From an uncultured Acidobacteriota bacterium (GTDB lineage: Bacteria > Acidobacteriota > UBA6911 > CAINFC01), in NCBI GenBank assembly GCA_903847975.1, contig CAINFC010000242.1, forward strand, positions 13,187 through 77,186: a stretch of 64,000 nucleotides of DNA, read 5' to 3'. The position numbers were made by a program, and so were the translations under genes. The notes beneath the pieces were generated by a model. It did not search any database, was not told the DNA's origin, and saw only the letters and a program-made list of their open reading frames with translations. Positions 59,382-64,000 of the stretch are shown in pieces (position 1 is the stretch's first letter; every line of letters begins with the position of its first letter).

Positions 59382-61052
59382 ATGGCGATCGCCATTTTGC
59401 TTGCGGCAGCAACTTTCTGCCGCGCTGAAGTAAAAGAAGTTCGTATCCTGACGAACGGGATAGGCTCTGCCCTGGTCCGGGACGCGGTCGCCGCCTTTGC
59501 CGCGCGCATCGAACGGCGCTGCCCGGCGCGGATTGTGGCCGGCAAAGCGGAGCTCACTGTCCGGCTGCGTCGGGAGCCCGGCATCGGTCCGGAAGGATTT
59601 TTCATCCGGGAGCCAAAGCCCGGTGAAATAGAGATTGCCGGGCAGGATGACCGCGGGCTGCTTTATGGCCTGGGCAAACTGCTGCACAGCTCTTCCTTTA
59701 CGGCCCAGGGCTTTGCGCCGGGTTCCTGGCGCGGCAAATCGGTGCCGGTCTCTCCGGTGCGCGGCATTTACCTGGCCTGCCATTTCGGGAATTTCTATGA
59801 GGCCGCTCCCCTGGAAGAAATCCAAACCTACGTCGAAGACCTGGCCTTCTGGGGTATCAACTCGCTGGTGCTGAGCTTCCCCCCCTGGCAGTACGATTCT
59901 TTTGAGGATCCGCGGGCCCGGGAAAACCTCGAGCGGATCCGGCTCATCCTGAAGAGGGCACGACGGGCCGGGATCGGCGCCGGACTCATGCAGGCGACCA
60001 ACCAGGTCTTTCGCACCGCGCCCCGCGAGCTGCTCAATGCACCCTATCCGGACGACTGGAAACGCCGCGGCAACCTGGGAACCAACGTCTGTCCCTCCAA
60101 GCCCGCCGGGCACGCCTATCTCATGAAATTCTGGAGCCGCCTGCTCCAGGAATTCCAGGATCCGGGGCTTGACTTTCTGGCCTTCTGGCCATACGACGAA
60201 GGAGGCTGCGGCTGCCCGGACTGCTGGCCGTGGGGGGCCAGGGGACATCCCCTTTTCATGAGGGAGGTCTCCCGAATGGCCCGGCAGCGCTGGCCTTCGT
60301 GCCGGTTCATCCTTTCCACCTGGATGTACGACAGCCCGCCGGCGGGTGAATGGGAGGGCCTGACGCGGCTTCTGCAGGAGGATCCCGGGCTGACCGATTA
60401 TCTCATGGCCGATGCCCATGAGGATTTTCCGCGCTACCCGCTCGAACGGGGTGTTCCCGGCAGGAAGCCGCTGCTCAACTTTCCGGAAATCAGCATGTGG
60501 GGCATGTCTCCCTGGGGCGGCTTCGGCGCCAATCCGCTGCCCGGCCACCTGCAGGAACTCTGGAACCAGGTCGCCACCAGGGTTTCCGGAGGCTTCCCCT
60601 ACTCCGAGGGCATCTACGAGGACCTCAACAAGGTCATCTGCAGCCAGTTTTACTGGGACCCGCGGCAGTCCGCCCTGGAGACGGTAAGCGCTTATGCCGC
60701 CGCCTATTTTTCCCCGGAGGTCTCCCGGGCCGTGGCCCGGGCCGTGGCGATCATGGAAAAAAACCACCGGCGCTCACGGCGGGAGCGCTTTGCAGGAGAC
60801 GCGGCCGAGGCGCAGCTGGCACTTCAAGTCCTGAAGGATAGCGAAAGCAGCCTGACGCCGCAAGCCAGGGAGTCCTGGCGCTGGCGGATCCTTTTTCTGC
60901 GGGCACAGATCGACTCCCTGCTGGCGCGATCCCATGGGCGGATGGAAGGCGAGGAACTCCGCCGGGCCTTTGCGGAACTGGTCCGCATTTACCACGCGGA
61001 GTACGTGCACACCAATAAGGTAGCTCCCCCCCCGATGGAGGATCACCCGTGA
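59382..61052 (+). CDS. Putative glycoside hydrolase (GH20/GH67-like N-domain plus TIM barrel)
   Basis: PEGFFI...IAGQDDRGLLYG, VRGIY, WPYDEGGCGC; alternative GTG at 59331. Confidence 0.65.
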   Translation: MAIAILLAAATFCRAEVKEVRILTNGIGSALVRDAVAAFAARIERRCPARIVAGKAELTVRLRREPGIGPEGFFIREPKPGEIEIAGQDDRGLLYGLGKLLHSSSFTAQGFAPGSWRGKSVPVSPVRGIYLACHFGNFYEAAPLEEIQTYVEDLAFWGINSLVLSFPPWQYDSFEDPRARENLERIRLILKRARRAGIGAGLMQATNQVFRTAPRELLNAPYPDDWKRRGNLGTNVCPSKPAGHAYLMKFWSRLLQEFQDPGLDFLAFWPYDEGGCGCPDCWPWGARGHPLFMREVSRMARQRWPSCRFILSTWMYDSPPAGEWEGLTRLLQEDPGLTDYLMADAHEDFPRYPLERGVPGRKPLLNFPEISMWGMSPWGGFGANPLPGHLQELWNQVATRVSGGFPYSEGIYEDLNKVICSQFYWDPRQSALETVSAYAAAYFSPEVSRAVARAVAIMEKNHRRSRRERFAGDAAEAQLALQVLKDSESSLTPQARESWRWRILFLRAQIDSLLARSHGRMEGEELRRAFAELVRIYHAEYVHTNKVAPPPMEDHP

Positions 61053-61068
61053 AGCCGGGAGGCATTGC

Positions 61069-61920
61069 GTGCCGAAGCGAATCATAAACGGTATGCCGAT
61101 TTACTACCAGAGCATCGGCGCCGGGGACCCGGTACTGCTCATTGCCGGCCTGGCTGCCGATCATACCGCCTGGGGCCTGCAGGTCCCGGCCCTTTCCGCT
61201 TCCGGCTATCGCTGCCTGCTTTTCGATAACCGGGATTCCGGCCAGACCGGGGAAAGCCCCGATCCTTCCTACCGGATGATGGATATGGCCGAAGATGCCG
61301 CCGGTCTATTGCAGGCCTTGCAGATCTCCCGCGCCCACATTGTCGGCTGTTCCATGGGAGCCATGATCGCCCAGGAGCTTGCCCTGGCCCGGCCGGACCT
61401 CGTCGCCACACTCGTCCTGGCGGCTACCGCAGCGCAAGCGGACGCCTACCTGCGGCTGGTGATGGGGTCCTGGGCGGCCATGCGCCGCGGTCTGGGCCGG
61501 GAAGACTTTGCCCGCGCGCTGAGCGTCTGGATCATGTCTCCTCCGTTCCTTTCGTTGCCCGGGAACCTGCAGCGATACCTCGACCTTCTGCTGGCCACGC
61601 CGTTTCCCCAGTCGGTAGCCGGATTTCTGCGGCAGGTCGAAGCCTGTCTGGGCCACGACACGCTGGACCGCCTGGAAAGAATCCAGGCTCCCACGCTCAT
61701 CCTAGCAGGCGAAGCGGACATCCTGACGCCGGTCCGCTATGCGCAAGCCATGGCCGCAAGGATTCCGGGCGCAGAGCTGGCCGTTATTCCGGGCGGATCG
61801 CACGGATTTCCTTTTGAGACTCCCGAGGCGTTCCACGATCCGCTCCTTCCGTTTCTCGACAGGCATCGTTTCGGAGGAAACACGAGGCCTGGCCTTCGCC
61901 AATCACCCGCAGGAGGATAG
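61069..61920 (+). CDS. Alpha/beta hydrolase
   Basis: DNRDSG, GCSMG, GEAD, GSH. Confidence 0.9.
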   Translation: MPKRIINGMPIYYQSIGAGDPVLLIAGLAADHTAWGLQVPALSASGYRCLLFDNRDSGQTGESPDPSYRMMDMAEDAAGLLQALQISRAHIVGCSMGAMIAQELALARPDLVATLVLAATAAQADAYLRLVMGSWAAMRRGLGREDFARALSVWIMSPPFLSLPGNLQRYLDLLLATPFPQSVAGFLRQVEACLGHDTLDRLERIQAPTLILAGEADILTPVRYAQAMAARIPGAELAVIPGGSHGFPFETPEAFHDPLLPFLDRHRFGGNTRPGLRQSPAGG

Positions 61921-61926
61921 CATTTT

Positions 61927-62832
61927 ATGCAAAAGGACATACCCGTACTGACCGTATCCGGCCGCAGCCTTGCCGAGGCTTACGAAAACGCGCTGCGGGC
62001 ACTGTACCGGCATGGGGTAAGCATTCCCACCCAGTACGACAAGCCGGGGGATCCCCCCAGCCTGGATTCCACCATGAACATCACCATCCTGGAGCCCGGC
62101 TCCGATCCGATGATCCACAAAGCCTTTCCGGGCGGCATTGAGGACCTGAAGGAATATTCCATGGAGCTCCGGGGCCTGAAGGATCACTGGGTTAAAAACA
62201 TGAACGATCCGGCGGACACACGCTGGGAATATACCTACCACGGACGCCTCTCCGCTTACGGGATCTGGCGGGAGCTGCTGCAGGGAGAATCCCAGGAAAA
62301 AGGATTTTTCCGGATCAACCAGATCGAGGTCATCACCGACAAGCTGGCCCGGCAGCCCTTCACCCGGCAGGCGCAGATGATCACCTGGATGCCCCACCTC
62401 GACAACCACTGCTTTGACCCGCCCTGCCTGCAGTCGCTCTGGTACCGCATCCTGGAGGACGAAGAGGGGATCTGGTGGCTGAACTGCAACGTCCGCTTCC
62501 GCAGCAATGACGCCTGGGGCGCCAGTTTTATGAACATGTTCGGCTTCATTCAATTTAACCAGTCTCTGATTGCCGATGCGGTCGGCCGGAAAGCGGGGAA
62601 AAAAGTCCTGCTGGGCAGGATGAACTGGCATGCGGATTCCTATCACATTTACGGGAAGGACATCGCTTCGGCAAGGCGCATGCTCTTTGACCGGGCGGAT
62701 TCCATCCCCTTTTCCAGCCGGACCTGGAATTTCAGCGACACTTTTATCCGGGAGCTGTTCGACGAAGCGGAGGCCGGAATCCTGGAAAAAATAAAGGAAT
62801 ACGACCGGAGCCACGGCTCCGGTCCCGTCTGA
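61927..62832 (+). CDS. thyA: Archaeal-type ThyA-family thymidylate synthase
   Basis: YTYHGRL, NQI, PPCLQ, FRSND, Asn in FMNM, SYHIY; AGGAGG RBS. Confidence 0.75.
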   Translation: MQKDIPVLTVSGRSLAEAYENALRALYRHGVSIPTQYDKPGDPPSLDSTMNITILEPGSDPMIHKAFPGGIEDLKEYSMELRGLKDHWVKNMNDPADTRWEYTYHGRLSAYGIWRELLQGESQEKGFFRINQIEVITDKLARQPFTRQAQMITWMPHLDNHCFDPPCLQSLWYRILEDEEGIWWLNCNVRFRSNDAWGASFMNMFGFIQFNQSLIADAVGRKAGKKVLLGRMNWHADSYHIYGKDIASARRMLFDRADSIPFSSRTWNFSDTFIRELFDEAEAGILEKIKEYDRSHGSGPV

Positions 62833-62956
62833 GAATTTTCCCCGAGGAAGGGCGGAATTTTTTAATTGCCGGACCGCTAATTATGATATAATTACGCTGC
62901 ATGTTCCGTAGGGATTGTTTGCAAACTTAATCCTTTTTTAAAGCACGAGGTGCGCA

Positions 62957-63919
62957 TTGAAATTCGATCGCTTCGCCATACGAATCGGCCTAATCATTCT
63001 TCTCGCTGCCTGCTTTACTCCGGCTTTTTCGCAATATCAGATCTCCGGGCCCAACACCACCGTTCCTGGCGGCCAGCTAATCTATTACTTCGACCTGATC
63101 AACAACGATACAGGAACGTTCAGCATCAAGAATGTGGGACCCTCCCTGGTTTTTCTTCACGTGCAGGTCATTAACGAGGACTGCGAGGAGCTTTTCAATT
63201 TCCTGACCAGCCTGGAGCCCAACTGCGCCCGCTCATGGGACTTGAGAAAGTTCGTCCTGAACAAGATGCATGGCAGTGCCGATCTGATCAATAACCGCGG
63301 GATGATTTTCGTCACTCCCACCTATTCCACCATTGGCTATGCCGCGCTTCCCTATAACCACCTGGTCGGAAGCATCGTCATCGCCAATTCGAAGACCAGA
63401 ACTTCTTACGGAATGAATGCGATCGCCCGCCCGGCGATCGACTCCACCGGCAACCTTCTTCCCGATTCGAACACCCCTCTGAACGGAACCACCAGCCGCT
63501 TTCAGATCATTCGGCCGAAAATGCTGCATCTCGATCATTTCTTCCCCCTGCAGGTGCTGACGGACTCCCGGCTGGCGATCGTTGCGTTTGTAGACGTTTA
63601 CACCAGCAGCAATTATTACGTCACCTCCCCCAGCGGGATCGGCTCCTTTCACATGATGGGCGGCACGGAAGATTGCGCCAAGCTATCGATTCCCGCGCTC
63701 GATTATTTCTGCATGCTGGACGTTCAGCTTAAGAATATCCTGGGAGGCACGATCGCCTATTACAATCAGTCTTCCGGATCGCTGGAAATGACCCCGATGA
63801 GCGAGTTCGACACCAACGAGAATCTTTTCGGATTTTTCTTCGAAAGCCTGGGGCCCTATGCATCCGCCCGTCCGCTTTGGGTGGTACCGGATGACGGTCC
63901 GGTCGGCGGCAAAAAGTAA
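62957..63919 (+). CDS. Secreted beta-rich protein of unknown function
   Basis: GAGG RBS plus TTG start; signal peptide; four Cys in the mature region. Confidence 0.7.
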   Translation: MKFDRFAIRIGLIILLAACFTPAFSQYQISGPNTTVPGGQLIYYFDLINNDTGTFSIKNVGPSLVFLHVQVINEDCEELFNFLTSLEPNCARSWDLRKFVLNKMHGSADLINNRGMIFVTPTYSTIGYAALPYNHLVGSIVIANSKTRTSYGMNAIARPAIDSTGNLLPDSNTPLNGTTSRFQIIRPKMLHLDHFFPLQVLTDSRLAIVAFVDVYTSSNYYVTSPSGIGSFHMMGGTEDCAKLSIPALDYFCMLDVQLKNILGGTIAYYNQSSGSLEMTPMSEFDTNENLFGFFFESLGPYASARPLWVVPDDGPVGGKK

Positions 63920-63939
63920 ATCCAATTACGGGTAAAGCG

Positions 63940-63978
63940 AAAAAGGGTACCGGTCGATCTGCCGGTACCCTTTTTTTT
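63940..63978. terminator. Bidirectional intrinsic terminator
   Basis: AAAAAGGGTACCGG-tcgatctg-CCGGTACCC-T8. Confidence 0.9.
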
Positions 63979-64000
63979 ATGCATTTATTTCACGGGAAGA

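Overview
GC-rich bacterial chromosomal segment. Outer-membrane beta-barrels, many Tat substrates, PQQ-type propellers and MglAB suggest a diderm, probably Acidobacteriota (inference). About 47 CDS: carbohydrate-active and secreted enzymes (Gfo/Idh/MocA, GH109, GH38, GH43, sialidase/BNR, esterase), signalling proteins (REC-HD-GYP, hybrid kinases, HDOD, MglAB) and housekeeping genes (thyX, archaeal-type thyA, nadBC, selA, trxB, glpX, purE, csp, tldDE), plus tRNA-Gly(CCC). No CRISPR array, rRNA, integrase or transposase was seen. Best leads: (1) an orphan gene beside tRNA-Gly with three 18-aa HPxSPAGRxFxW repeats fused to a domain carrying the CD38/ADP-ribosyl cyclase (NADase) motif set, with no obvious immunity or secretion partner; (2) a Cyc2-like cytochrome c-porin fusion under apparent DtxR/MntR operator control; (3) a TldD with a twin-arginine leader next to a leaderless TldE; (4) two unrelated secreted proteins sharing a C-terminal LFLPxV(x)R motif; (5) a probable group II intron 5' remnant next to a perfect pseudoknot. 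All family calls are by eye from motifs; no searches were run.
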